Assembly: GCA_012524135.1 (NCBI GenBank)
Contig: JAAYSE010000081.1
Span: forward strand, 1 to 55,120
Source: Candidatus Epulonipiscium sp.
Lineage (GTDB): Bacteria; Bacillota; Clostridia; Lachnospirales; JAAYNZ01
DNA length: 55,120 bases
Reading direction: 5' to 3'
Part shown: piece by piece, positions 1 to 9,882 of the stretch
How positions within the stretch are numbered: the first letter of the stretch is position 1
Layout of the letters: every line of letters starts with the position of its first letter
Notes under the pieces: generated by a model
What the model saw: the letters and a program-made list of their open reading frames with translations, nothing else
What the model was told of the DNA's origin: nothing
Database searches by the model: none
Translations under genes and position numbers: made by a program

Positions 1-150
1 GATTTTCATATTATTGTTGAATATGGAGTGAAAATCTCTGCTGTCGCAGATAATTTAATCAGTACTGTCAAATATAAAGTAGAAAAATTTATCGGACTTG
101 AAGTAGAGAAAATTAATATTTTTGTGGAAGGTGTACGTGTAGATAAATAA
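1..150 (+). CDS. Asp23/Gls24 family protein (YloU-like), 3' part only
   Basis: Frame 1 reads DFHIIVEYGVKISAVADNLISTVKYKVEKFIGLEVEKINIFVEGVRVDK*. Typical Asp23 C-terminus in the usual position upstream of the DAK2 gene. Not in the ORF track. Confidence 0.9.
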   Translation, partial: DFHIIVEYGVKISAVADNLISTVKYKVEKFIGLEVEKINIFVEGVRVDK

Positions 151-165
151 TAAGGAGGTAACACG

Positions 166-1824
166 GTGAATAAGCAACATATAGACAGCAGTCTTTTAAA
201 ACGGATGATAATTTCTGGAGCAAAATACTTAGAAAGAAAAAAACAAGAAGTAGATGAATTAAATGTCTTTCCAGTTCCGGATGGTGATACAGGCACTAAT
301 ATGTCGTTAACAATATTAGCAGCAGCAAAGGAATTACAAAAAATGGATTTTGATCGAGTAGATGAAGTAGCAAAAGCAGCTTCTTCGGGATCATTAAGAG
401 GAGCAAGAGGAAATTCAGGAGTTATTTTATCTCAGCTTTTTCGCGGTTTTGCTAAAGGTTTACAGGGACAAGAAAATATTACTAGCAGTAGTTTAGCCCA
501 AGCTTTTCAATCTGGAGTAGAAACGGCTTATAAAGCTGTTATGAAACCTAAAGAAGGAACCATTTTAACAGTAGCAAAAGAATGTGCAGAAAAAGCGAAT
601 GAATTAGTAGAAACAAATACAGATCTAGAAATAGTTTGTAAAAAAGCATTAGAACATGCCTACGATACTTTACAAAAAACACCAGATATGCTTCCAGTCC
701 TTAAAGAAGCAGGTGTCGTGGATGCAGGTGGACAAGGATTATTATATATTTTAGAAGGAGCTTATCATGTTTTAATAGGAAAAGAAGAAGAAATAGAGTT
801 TTTTGTAGAAGAAGAGGATAAGGAAAAACATTCTTTTCGTCATTTAACAGGTATTGATCATGAAGATATTAAATTTGGTTATTGTACCGAATTGATTATT
901 AATAAACCAGACGGGATTTTTGACGAATCTGTTATTGAAGAGTTAAAAACATACCTAACTAAAATAGGTGATTCTATTGTAGTTGTTGGTGATGAAGAAT
1001 TAATAAAAATTCATGTACATACTAATCATCCGGGTCAAGTATTTGAAAAAGGTCTTACTTTAGGATTTTTAACAAATATGAAAGTAGATAATATGCGTAT
1101 TCAACATACCAGTAAAGTTATTACAGAGCAAACTAAAATAGCAAAAGAAAAACCAGCTACTAATAAAGCAATTGGATTTATTTCTATTGCAATTGGTCAT
1201 GGGATAAAAGAAGTTTTTAAAGGTCTAGGTGTGGATTATGTTATTGAAGGTGGACAAACGATGAATCCTAGTACAGAAGATATATTAAATGCCATTGACC
1301 AAACTCCTGCTGATACTATTATTATATTACCTAATAATAAAAACATTATTTTAGCGGCAGAACAAGCGGTAGATTTATGTAAAGATAAAAAAATTATTGT
1401 AATTCCTACTCGAACAATACCACAAGGTATTTCCGCTATGTTAGGTTATGAACCAGGACGTTCTTTAAAACAAAATATAGAAACGATGGAAGTTAATATT
1501 TCCATGGTTAAGACAGGACAAATTACGTATGCTATTCGTAATACTATGATTGAAGGACAAAAAATTAATCAAGGAGATATTTTAGGAATTATAGATGAAG
1601 AAATAAAAATAATTACTCAGGATTTACAACAAAATGCAAAACAGCTACTGGATAAGATGATCGATGAAGAAACAGATATTATTACTATTTATTATGGTCA
1701 AGATACAACTCAAGAACAAGCAGAAGATTTAGGACATTACATAGAAATACAATATCCTGAATGCGAAGTAGAAATCCATAATGGTGGGCAACCTCTTTAT
1801 TATTATATATTCTCTGTAGAATAA
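166..1824 (+). CDS. fakA: DAK2-domain fatty acid kinase subunit A (YloV)
   Basis: LNVFPVPDGDTGTNM, GARGNSGVILSQ, VVDAGG, GGQTMNPS motifs; AGGAGG RBS, GTG start. Confidence 0.93.
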   Translation: MNKQHIDSSLLKRMIISGAKYLERKKQEVDELNVFPVPDGDTGTNMSLTILAAAKELQKMDFDRVDEVAKAASSGSLRGARGNSGVILSQLFRGFAKGLQGQENITSSSLAQAFQSGVETAYKAVMKPKEGTILTVAKECAEKANELVETNTDLEIVCKKALEHAYDTLQKTPDMLPVLKEAGVVDAGGQGLLYILEGAYHVLIGKEEEIEFFVEEEDKEKHSFRHLTGIDHEDIKFGYCTELIINKPDGIFDESVIEELKTYLTKIGDSIVVVGDEELIKIHVHTNHPGQVFEKGLTLGFLTNMKVDNMRIQHTSKVITEQTKIAKEKPATNKAIGFISIAIGHGIKEVFKGLGVDYVIEGGQTMNPSTEDILNAIDQTPADTIIILPNNKNIILAAEQAVDLCKDKKIIVIPTRTIPQGISAMLGYEPGRSLKQNIETMEVNISMVKTGQITYAIRNTMIEGQKINQGDILGIIDEEIKIITQDLQQNAKQLLDKMIDEETDIITIYYGQDTTQEQAEDLGHYIEIQYPECEVEIHNGGQPLYYYIFSVE

Positions 1825-1855
1825 AGACTAAAGTAAATCTTTAGTCTTTATTCTA
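1817..1855 (+). terminator. Intrinsic terminator after fakA
   Basis: 17-bp inverted repeat TAGAATAAAGACTAAAG-taaat-CTTTAGTCTTTATTCTA. Confidence 0.75.
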
Positions 1856-1913
1856 TTATAATGAATTTTATTTTATAATTATTTCAATATTCAAGATAGA
1901 AAGGAGAAATATC

Positions 1914-3974
1914 TTGATCAGTTTACAAGATTCGGTTACAAGTTTAAAAGGAATAGGAACTCAACGATTAAAACTTTTAGAACAAATACAAATATCTACC
2001 CTTGAAGATCTTATATACTATCTACCTAGAAACTATGAAGATTGGTCTCAAGTTACAAAAATCAAAGACATTATTATAGGTGAAAAACAAACTATTGAAG
2101 GTATAGTTAGCACAACACCTCAAAATATTCGAAAAGGAAAATTAATAATAACAAAATGTAAAATTGAAGATAGTACAGGATCAATATGGGCTGTATGGTA
2201 TGGACAACCGTATTTAAAGAATTATTTTAAACCCGGTGAGAGCTATGTTTTCACTGGGAAAATAAATCGATATTATGGATCTATACAATTAATTTCATCA
2301 GAATATGAAAAAATAGATATGAATGAAAAAAATAAAAATATAGGTATTTTACCTATATATACTCTTCCACAAAAATTATCTCAAAAATTATTTCGTAGTT
2401 GGATTCAACAAAGTTTTGAAAATGTAGGAACTAATCTTCAAGAATTTCTTCCTTTATGGATTCGTCAACAATATGAGTTAGCAGATATAGCGTATTCTAT
2501 TTATCATATCCATTTTCCAAAAGATAAAGAACATTTTTTAACAGCTCGGAAGCGATTAGTATTTGAAGAATTTTTTTTATTACAAATGGGATTATTACAG
2601 ATTAAACAAGGAATTGATAAAAAAACGAAAGGAATTCAGTATAAACCTAAAAAAGATGTGGAATACTTTATTAAAAGCCTACCTTATTCTTTGACTAGTG
2701 CACAAGAAAAAGTAGTAAAAGAAATTCAAAAGGATATGTTTTTACCTTATACAATGAATCGATTAGTACAAGGTGATGTAGGTTCAGGTAAAACAGTTGT
2801 AGCAGCTATAACTTTATTATTAGCTGTAAAAAATGGTTATCAAGGAAGTATGATGGCACCAACGGAGGTATTAGCAAGACAACATTATGAAACGCTTCGA
2901 ATGTTTTTAGAACCTTTTAATATTAAATGTGGTCTTTTGGTAGGATCTTTAACCAAAAAACAAAAGGAAAATATAAATGAAAAATTGAAAAATCATAGGA
3001 TTGATGTAGTGATAGGAACACATGCTTTAATTCAAGATTCTATTTCATTTGCTAATCTTGGTTTAGTAATTACTGATGAACAACATCGTTTTGGAGTAAG
3101 GCAAAGAATGACATTAACTCAAAAAGGAAAATCACCAGATGTTCTTGTGATGACTGCTACCCCTATTCCTAGGACATTAGCTCTTATTTTATATGGTGAT
3201 TTAGATATTTCTATTATTGATGAATTACCACCTGGGAGACAACAAATTAAAACGTATGCTGTACCTTCTTCGTATCGAAATAGAATTTATCATTTTATAA
3301 AAGAAGAAATTAATAAAGGAAGACAAATTTATATGATCTGTCCTATGGTAGAAGAATCGGAAACATTAGAATTACAATCTGTAATTGAATATACTAGTCA
3401 TTTACAAAATGAAATTTTTACTAATTATAAAATTGCTTATTTACATGGTAAAATGAAAGCAAAAGAAAAGCATGATATTATGGAACAGTTTTCTCAAGGT
3501 ATAATTCAAATTCTAGTTTCTACAACTGTCATAGAAGTAGGAGTCAATGTTCCTAATGCAACGATTATGGTTATTGAAAATGCAGAGCGTTTTGGTCTAT
3601 CTCAATTGCATCAATTACGTGGTCGTGTAGGACGAGGTAAATATCAATCTTATTGTATTTTAATTTCAGATGCTAAAAATAAAATAGCTTTAGAGCGAAT
3701 GAAAGTAATGACAGAAACTACAGACGGTTTTAAAATTTCAGAAATGGATTTGAAATTAAGAGGACCTGGTGATTTCTTTGGGACAAAACAACATGGATTG
3801 CCAGATTTAAAAATTGCAAATATTTATGAAGATATGGCTGTTTTAAAACAAGCTCAAGAAGCAGTTTTAACCTTACTACAAAAAGATCCTTTTTTACAAC
3901 ATGAAGAGCATTATTTTTTAAATCAAAAAATTAATGCTTTATTTCAAAATACAGATGAAGTTTTAGCATTATAA
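1914..3974 (+). CDS. recG: ATP-dependent DNA helicase RecG
   Basis: QGDVGSGKT, DEQHRFG, MTATPIPRTL, QLHQLRGRVGRG, DLKLRGPG motifs. Confidence 0.97.
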   Translation: MISLQDSVTSLKGIGTQRLKLLEQIQISTLEDLIYYLPRNYEDWSQVTKIKDIIIGEKQTIEGIVSTTPQNIRKGKLIITKCKIEDSTGSIWAVWYGQPYLKNYFKPGESYVFTGKINRYYGSIQLISSEYEKIDMNEKNKNIGILPIYTLPQKLSQKLFRSWIQQSFENVGTNLQEFLPLWIRQQYELADIAYSIYHIHFPKDKEHFLTARKRLVFEEFFLLQMGLLQIKQGIDKKTKGIQYKPKKDVEYFIKSLPYSLTSAQEKVVKEIQKDMFLPYTMNRLVQGDVGSGKTVVAAITLLLAVKNGYQGSMMAPTEVLARQHYETLRMFLEPFNIKCGLLVGSLTKKQKENINEKLKNHRIDVVIGTHALIQDSISFANLGLVITDEQHRFGVRQRMTLTQKGKSPDVLVMTATPIPRTLALILYGDLDISIIDELPPGRQQIKTYAVPSSYRNRIYHFIKEEINKGRQIYMICPMVEESETLELQSVIEYTSHLQNEIFTNYKIAYLHGKMKAKEKHDIMEQFSQGIIQILVSTTVIEVGVNVPNATIMVIENAERFGLSQLHQLRGRVGRGKYQSYCILISDAKNKIALERMKVMTETTDGFKISEMDLKLRGPGDFFGTKQHGLPDLKIANIYEDMAVLKQAQEAVLTLLQKDPFLQHEEHYFLNQKINALFQNTDEVLAL

Positions 3975-3990
3975 TTGCAATATTTCCCAT

Positions 3991-4019
3991 TCATAAAACT
4001 ATTTTATTTGTGCATAATA
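3991..4019 (+). promoter_or_regulatory. Putative sigma-G (forespore) promoter of the SASP gene
   Basis: TCATA-N17-CATAATA resembles the GHATR-N17/18-CATAHTA consensus; SASP genes are sigma-G controlled. Confidence 0.5.
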
Positions 4020-4070
4020 CTAATGCAACACATATTTATAATAGTTATATTTTAAAGGAGGTTTTTTCAA

Positions 4071-4283
4071 ATGGCAAGTAATAGACGTAAAGCAGTTCCA
4101 GAGGCTCGAGCAGCTTTAGATCAATTTAAGTATGAAGTCGCTAATGAACTTGGTGTTCCTTTGAAACAAGGATACAATGGTGATTTAACCTCCGCTCAAA
4201 ATGGTTCTGTGGGTGGATATATGGTTAAAAAAATGATCGAAGCACAACAAAGACAAATGGCTGATAAACATCCTATGCAATAA
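4071..4283 (+). CDS. Alpha/beta-type small acid-soluble spore protein
   Basis: VPEARAALDQFKYEVANELGV...GDLTSAQNGSVGGYMVKKMIE signature, including a GPR cleavage-like EVANE. Confidence 0.95.
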   Translation: MASNRRKAVPEARAALDQFKYEVANELGVPLKQGYNGDLTSAQNGSVGGYMVKKMIEAQQRQMADKHPMQ

Positions 4284-4294
4284 GTCTTTAAAGC

Positions 4295-4333
4295 AAATAA
4301 AGTAGGGAATATATTATTCCCTACTTTATTTTT
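4295..4333 (+). terminator. Intrinsic terminator after the SASP gene
   Basis: AAATAAAGTAGGGAATA-tat-TATTCCCTACTTTATTT followed by T run. Confidence 0.85.
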
Positions 4334-4339
4334 ATACAT

Positions 4340-4418
4340 AATAAAATATACCTAATCTAGATTAGGTATATTTTATAGGGAGAGGAGAAATGAAAAGAAG
4401 AGTATTATGGGGGATTCG
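4340..4418 (-). ncRNA. csfG: CsfG-like sporulation small RNA (CU-rich)
   Basis: Sigma-F promoter upstream, pyrimidine-rich body (CCCCCAUAAUACUCUUCUUUUCAUUUCUCCUCUCCCU), own terminator palindrome at 4341-4376, located upstream of rsmD/ylbH like B. subtilis csfG. The 5' end is estimated. Confidence 0.7.
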
Positions 4419-4422
4419 ATTA

Positions 4423-4452
4423 TAGTATAGCCACAAAAATTGATTGATATAC
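4423..4452 (-). promoter_or_regulatory. Sigma-F/sigma-G promoter of the sRNA
   Basis: Minus strand GTATA-N15-GGCTATACTA, matching the GYATA-N15-GGnnAnAHTR consensus. Confidence 0.8.
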
Positions 4453-4557
4453 GTAGGATGATAAAATATAAATAAAAATTTAAAAAACAATTTTCTTTTT
4501 ATATTACTTATTACAAAATAAGAAAATTATGATATACTGACATAGAGGTGATATTGT

Positions 4558-5118
4558 ATGAGAGTCATTGCTGGTTCCGCTAAAGGACATCGTTTACAAG
4601 TCCCTGTAGGGCTTAATACTCGTCCTACGGCAGCTCGAATTAAGGAATCTATTTTTAATATGATTGCACTTGACCTTCCTGGATGTCAATTTTTGGATTT
4701 GTTTAGTGGTTCAGGAAGTATGGGTATTGAAGCAATTAGCAGAGGGGCAGATCATGCTATTTTTGTCGAAAATAATCCGATGGCTATACAATCTATTCAA
4801 AGAAATTTACAACATACCAAATTTCAAAAATATGCAACGGTATATCAAAATGATGTTATAGAAACTTTATACGTATTAGCAAGACAAAAACAAAAGTTTG
4901 ATATTATATTTATGGATCCACCTTATAACAATCATAATATAGTATTAATTTTAAATACAATTAAAGAATATGATTTATTAAATCCGGATGGTTATATTAT
5001 TGTAGAACATGAAGTAAATTATTCTATTGAAGATATATCAACATTTAAACTATGGAAAGAAAAAAAATATAAGACAACAACAATGACCTTTTTAATATTA
5101 CAGGAGGCTAAAAGATGA
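4558..5118 (+). CDS. rsmD: 16S rRNA m2G966 methyltransferase
   Basis: [35 protein letters not shown]; upstream of coaD. Confidence 0.95.
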   Translation: MRVIAGSAKGHRLQVPVGLNTRPTAARIKESIFNMIALDLPGCQFLDLFSGSGSMGIEAISRGADHAIFVENNPMAIQSIQRNLQHTKFQKYATVYQNDVIETLYVLARQKQKFDIIFMDPPYNNHNIVLILNTIKEYDLLNPDGYIIVEHEVNYSIEDISTFKLWKEKKYKTTTMTFLILQEAKR

Positions 5119-5597
5119 AAATAGGTGTTTATCCAGGAAGTTTTGACCCTACTACGAATGGACATATTGATGTGATTACTCGCTCTTCTCATATTGTAGA
5201 TAAGTTAATCGTTGGAGTTTTACATAATACTCAAAAACAGCCTTTGTTTTCAGTGCAAGAACGTATTGAAATGTTAAAAGCCACTACATCACACTTACCA
5301 AATGTACAAGTAGAAACTTTTTCTGGATTATTAATTGATTTTGTTAAAAAACATAATGCTATTTTAATTATTCGTGGTTTGAGAGCGATTACTGATTTTG
5401 AATATGAATTACAAATGGCACAAACTAATTATAGTTTAGATCCTACTATTGAAACTATTTTCTTAGCAACAAATGTTCAGTATTCTTTTTTGAGCTCTAG
5501 TATGGTAAAAGAATTAGCAGAGTTTGGAGGTCATTTTGAACATTTTGTTCCTCCTATTGTTGCTGAATATTTAGTAGAAAAATTTAAAAAAGATTAA
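5115..5597 (+). CDS. coaD: Pantetheine-phosphate adenylyltransferase
   Basis: [34 protein letters not shown]. Confidence 0.97.
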   Translation: MKIGVYPGSFDPTTNGHIDVITRSSHIVDKLIVGVLHNTQKQPLFSVQERIEMLKATTSHLPNVQVETFSGLLIDFVKKHNAILIIRGLRAITDFEYELQMAQTNYSLDPTIETIFLATNVQYSFLSSSMVKELAEFGGHFEHFVPPIVAEYLVEKFKKD

Positions 5598-5621
5598 AAG
5601 GATTAAAGGGAGGGGTAAATA

Positions 5622-6128
5622 ATGGATAATGTATTAGAACTTTTAGATATACTTGAAGATCTTTTAGATGATAGTAGTACTATGCCCTTTACAAACAAAG
5701 TTATGATTGACAAAGAAGAATTTATTGATATTATTACAGATATTCGTTTAAAGTTACCTAATGAATTAAAACAGTCCAAGTGGGTAATGGAAGAACGAAC
5801 ACAAATTTTAATTAATGCACAAAAAGAAGCAGAAAATCATTTAAAAGAAGCAGAGACTAAATTAAATGAATTGGTTAATGAACATGAAATTACAAAAAAA
5901 GCTTACGAACAAGCTGAAGAAATTACAGAAACAGCGAAAGAACATTCAAGGGAAATGCGTCTTGGTGCGAGAGAATATGCAGATGAGATATTAGCTAATG
6001 TAGAAGATGCACTGGTTTCTTTAATGGAGCAAGTGAATCAACAATTCTCATCTTTTGAACAATATATGCAACAAACTATTGCCATTATACATCAAAACCG
6101 TCAAGAATTACGGGGAGATAATAAATAA
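5622..6128 (+). CDS. Conserved coiled-coil protein (often annotated ATPase subunit b/H-like or DivIVA-like)
   Basis: Acidic heptad-rich helical sequence (LPNELKQSKWVMEER, GAREYADEIL); conserved position after coaD in Clostridia. Confidence 0.65.
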   Translation: MDNVLELLDILEDLLDDSSTMPFTNKVMIDKEEFIDIITDIRLKLPNELKQSKWVMEERTQILINAQKEAENHLKEAETKLNELVNEHEITKKAYEQAEEITETAKEHSREMRLGAREYADEILANVEDALVSLMEQVNQQFSSFEQYMQQTIAIIHQNRQELRGDNK

Positions 6129-7279
6129 TAATAGAGCAATCCAAGTATTACTAATATAATACATAATACTACAAATTGAAAAGTAGAATGTATAAAAATT
6201 GGATACCCAACATTTTCTTGCTGTAAAATAGTAGATGGAACGGAAAAAGTAGAGTTAAGAATGTTTTTTCGTATTAAGGGAAATAAAAGAAAAGTGTATA
6301 TAATGGCTAATACAGATTGAATAAGTTTACTTATTATGTAAATAGATGTTTTTAATGAAGTCCCTTGTAAAATACTAGCGGTTTGTGCATGAACAGAAAA
6401 ACCACTCCATGCAATACATCCATTGATACAAATTAATTTTTGTAATATGGGTGCAGAAGTTGTACTGATGATTTGAATTCCATTAGTGATTTCGAGAATT
6501 GAAAATAAAAATGCTGTTTTTAGTTCTTTATGTAAAGGAATCCACTTATCAATTAAAGTAAAAAAAGAATTAAATATACTAGATATAGGCCCATGTTTTA
6601 AAAGTTCTATAATAACTGAAAATAAAATAATAAATCCACCAATTTGTAATAAGAGTTCCATAGCATAAGTTACACTTTTTTTTAGTGTTTCTCCTAAAGA
6701 TGGAAATCCAGTCTTTGTCTTATTGTTTTTAGTTGTTATAATTTTTTTTGCTTGATCTGAATTTTTATAGAAGCGAAAAATTAGACCAGTAGAAAAAGCT
6801 GATAAATACTGAATAATTAATAAATAAAATCCAATAGATGGCTGTTTTAACATTCCTACAGAGACAACTCCTAATATAAAAAGAGGGCCTGATTGATTGC
6901 ATACGCTTAATAAGCGTTGTCCTTCAATAGAAGTTAAATCTCCTTTTTTAACTAAATTAGCAGTAATAGTAGCTCCCATAGGATATCCTGACATCATACC
7001 CATAATCAATGCAAAGGCACCAACACCAGGGATTTTAAAAAGTGGTTTCATAATAGGTTCAAATAAATAACCAATCCATTGTACCAGTCCAAAGTCAATC
7101 ATAAATTGAGTTCCAATAAAAAATGGGAAAAGAGAAGGAAGTACTGTATTAAACCATAATAATAGTCCTTTTTGAGCAGCACTTATTACTATTTTTGCGT
7201 AAAGTAAAATATTTATTACAAATATAAGGATGAATATTTGTAAGACTCGATTTTTAAAATTTTGTTTATTCAAGAACAT
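6101..7279 (-). CDS. ylbJ: Sporulation integral membrane protein YlbJ (SpoVV-like, nucleoside recognition gate domains)
   Basis: GLLLWFNTVLPSLFPF, PLFKIPGVG, SGYPMGA, EITNG, SGFSVHAQ; multiple TM segments. Confidence 0.9.
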   Translation of the reverse strand: MFLNKQNFKNRVLQIFILIFVINILLYAKIVISAAQKGLLLWFNTVLPSLFPFFIGTQFMIDFGLVQWIGYLFEPIMKPLFKIPGVGAFALIMGMMSGYPMGATITANLVKKGDLTSIEGQRLLSVCNQSGPLFILGVVSVGMLKQPSIGFYLLIIQYLSAFSTGLIFRFYKNSDQAKKIITTKNNKTKTGFPSLGETLKKSVTYAMELLLQIGGFIILFSVIIELLKHGPISSIFNSFFTLIDKWIPLHKELKTAFLFSILEITNGIQIISTTSAPILQKLICINGCIAWSGFSVHAQTASILQGTSLKTSIYIISKLIQSVLAIIYTFLLFPLIRKNILNSTFSVPSTILQQENVGYPIFIHSTFQFVVLCIILVILGLLYYYLLSPRNS

Positions 7280-7313
7280 ATAATGATGTTCCTTTCTTTT
7301 TTATTCTTTATAT

Positions 7314-7343
7314 ATTATATATTTTAGAATAAGAAGGATATGC
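7314..7343 (-). promoter_or_regulatory. Putative sigma-E promoter of ylbJ
   Basis: Minus strand GCATAT-N14-AATATATAAT, same geometry as the spoIVA promoter. Confidence 0.5.
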
Positions 7344-7344
7344 A

Positions 7345-8598
7345 TTATTCTTGAATAATAATTGGAATAGTATAATCATAACCTTTGATACGATAGGATG
7401 AATTAGGGTATCCTAAAGTATAAATATCAGTGGCTAAAATTTCTTGTTTTAACATCTTTTTTTGTAAAGGATTAGCTTGTTGCATAAATTTTTTTGTGTT
7501 CGAAATAATGGGTAAAGAACAGTGAGATTTTAACAGGGAGAGAGCTTGTTGACTTTCTTTGCGAAAACCTAAAATACGTATATATTGTGGTCCTCCTTGT
7601 TGCTTATATTTTAGTATATCAGAGGTTTTTATTTGTAAAATAATATGAAGTAATTCTCGACAAATACGTGTTTGGGTATATCTTTTGGTAGCCATATTTT
7701 CTATGATTTCAGAAATTGTGAAGTATTTACTTCCTGTTGTCATAATACGATTTTCTAATCCTTCAGAAATTTCCATAAACGATCTAAGATCTGTTGCAGA
7801 TAAAGTTCTAAGTATATATTGTAATATAGAAGAAAAAGTATCATAAATAATAGGGGCTTTTTTGTTTTCTATTTCTTCTTTTATGAGTTGATATGCAAAA
7901 GAAGGCATTGTTTGCTTCAATATAGAAAAATGATTTTTTAAAATTTTTTCTCGGATAGCTGTAGCAGAAGAGATAGGTCCTTTTGTATATGTAGAATGAT
8001 AAGAATTAGCTATGCGAGAAAAAGTATAGGGTATTATAGTACTATTTAATTTTAATAAAGCTTTTAAATATTCGATGCCTAAAATATTATTAGGAGAAGA
8101 TAGAATATCATTAATACACGATTGAGTTTTTATTCCTGTCATTTTAATATAATATTGGATAGCATTAGATCGTGCTTTGGGGAAATTAAGCCCTTGGTCT
8201 AAATTTTTTTTTAATTCTCTTTTAAATAGGAATGGTTCTTTATATAAAATTTCTGCTATTTTTTTTAAAGTATTTAAATTTCCATCTTCACTTCCAAAAC
8301 AAAGAGAATTTACAATACCCGTTTGTTGTAATATCTGTATTGCTCCCCAGGCAAATGTTTCAGCACTAGCAGTAGCATAAATAACTGGTAATTCAAGAAC
8401 GAGGTCTACTCCTGCTTGTAAAGCCATTTTTGTACGAGTCCATTTATTAATACATGCTGGTTCTCCTCGTTGAACAAAATTTCCGCTCATAACAGCAACA
8501 ATATAATCTGCTTTAGTTAGTTGTTTTGTTTTTTGTAAATGATAAAGGTGTCCATTGTGAAAAGGATTATATTCGACAATAATACCGGTTATTTTCAT
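7345..8598 (-). CDS. tmcAL: tRNA(Met) cytidine acetate ligase (YlbM, HIGH-type nucleotidyltransferase)
   Basis: GIIVEYNPFHNGH, MSGNFVQRGEP, PNNILGIEY, SSATAIR; start moved to 8598 (GAGGA RBS). Confidence 0.9.
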   Translation of the reverse strand: MKITGIIVEYNPFHNGHLYHLQKTKQLTKADYIVAVMSGNFVQRGEPACINKWTRTKMALQAGVDLVLELPVIYATASAETFAWGAIQILQQTGIVNSLCFGSEDGNLNTLKKIAEILYKEPFLFKRELKKNLDQGLNFPKARSNAIQYYIKMTGIKTQSCINDILSSPNNILGIEYLKALLKLNSTIIPYTFSRIANSYHSTYTKGPISSATAIREKILKNHFSILKQTMPSFAYQLIKEEIENKKAPIIYDTFSSILQYILRTLSATDLRSFMEISEGLENRIMTTGSKYFTISEIIENMATKRYTQTRICRELLHIILQIKTSDILKYKQQGGPQYIRILGFRKESQQALSLLKSHCSLPIISNTKKFMQQANPLQKKMLKQEILATDIYTLGYPNSSYRIKGYDYTIPIIIQE

Positions 8599-8835
8599 AA
8601 TTTTATCCTCACATTTCATTTTTTATAATATTAAACAGGAATGAAATTATTTTTTTATAATAACAAAAAAATAATCATAGAAAATTTAAGTTATATATCA
8701 TTATCCTATGTAGCAAATTTTATGTCAATATAAAATACAAAACAGAAAAATGAGTAATTTTGAAGAAAGACTATTGTATACAATAAGCAATTTGTTTATA
8801 ATAAGAGAGAACATACTTTGAAAGGGGTTATAATT

Positions 8836-9831
8836 GTGAATTTTTTACAATCTATTAAAGAAAGAGCAAAGAAAGAAATTAAAACTATTGTTTTACCAGA
8901 ATCATTAGAACGCAGAACATTAGAAGCTGCAGAACAAATTTTAAAAGAAAAAATAGCCAATGTTATTTTAATTGGAAACAAAGATAATATTTTAAAAGCA
9001 GGAAAAGGTCTTCAATTAGAGGGTGTTTCTATTATTGATCCAACAACTTATGAAGCACTTGATGATTTTATAACTACATTAGTTGAATTAAGAAAACATA
9101 AAGGAATGACTGTTGAAAAAGCAAAAGAACTTTTAGAGGATCCTTTATACTTTGGTGTTATGATGGTAAAAAAAGCAAAAGCAGATGGAATGGTTGCAGG
9201 AGCAGTAAATTCTACAGCTAATGTTTTACGTCCTTCATTACAAATTCTAAAAACAGCTCCTGGAACTAAATTAGTTTCAGCATTCTTTATTATGGATGTT
9301 CCAGAATGTGAATATGGTGCAAATGGTACTTTTATTTTTGCTGATGCTGGTTTAGTACCTAATCCAAATGCAGAAGAATTAGCAGCTATTTCTATTAGTT
9401 CTGCAAAATCTTTTGAACAATTAGTAGAAGAAGAGCCTATTGTTGGAATGTTATCTTTTTCAACTAAAGGAAGTGCATCACATTCAGATGTAGATAAAGT
9501 TATTGAAGCTACTAAGCAAGCAAAAGAATTAGCACCTCAATTAAAATTAGATGGAGAATTCCAACTAGATGCAGCTATTGTTCCTAGTGTTGGACAAGCT
9601 AAAGCACCTAATAGTGAAATTGCTGGTCATGCTAATGTTTTAGTTTTCCCTGATTTAGACGCAGGTAATATAGGTTATAAATTAACTCAAAGATTAGCAA
9701 AAGCAGATGCTTATGGTCCTATCACACAAGGAATTGCTAAGCCTGTTAATGATTTATCTAGAGGATGTAGTGCAGAAGATATTGTGGGTGTTGTAGCGAT
9801 TACAGCTGTTCAAGCACAATTATCCAAATAA
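8836..9831 (+). CDS. pta: Phosphate acetyltransferase
   Basis: LSFSTKGS, DGEFQLDAA, FPDLDAGNIGYK, NDLSRGCS; likely GTG start at 8836. Confidence 0.97.
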   Translation: MNFLQSIKERAKKEIKTIVLPESLERRTLEAAEQILKEKIANVILIGNKDNILKAGKGLQLEGVSIIDPTTYEALDDFITTLVELRKHKGMTVEKAKELLEDPLYFGVMMVKKAKADGMVAGAVNSTANVLRPSLQILKTAPGTKLVSAFFIMDVPECEYGANGTFIFADAGLVPNPNAEELAAISISSAKSFEQLVEEEPIVGMLSFSTKGSASHSDVDKVIEATKQAKELAPQLKLDGEFQLDAAIVPSVGQAKAPNSEIAGHANVLVFPDLDAGNIGYKLTQRLAKADAYGPITQGIAKPVNDLSRGCSAEDIVGVVAITAVQAQLSK

Positions 9832-9882
9832 ATAATTAGTTATTATATAATAAATTGTAAGAAAAAATAAGGAGAGATAGAA

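Noticed and set aside
6-296. Minus-strand 96-aa ORF and the other short shadow ORFs in the track (4664, 6486, 8177, 8796, 10059, 14258, 14441, 18020, 18302, 21299, 22116, 29293, 31326, 41711, 42484, 43560, 47716)
   Set aside because: They lie antisense or out of frame within well-supported conserved genes and show no recognisable motifs.
4390-4425. Plus-strand mini-ORF MKRRVLWGIRL with an apparent AGGAGA RBS
   Set aside because: The RBS-like purine run is simply the complement of the CU-rich sRNA. The promoter evidence favours the minus strand, and the SASP terminator lies upstream.
8834-8850. Rex-like site TTGTGAA-TTT-TTTACAA at the pta start
   Set aside because: The spacer is 3 nt rather than the 4 nt Rex needs, and it overlaps coding sequence.
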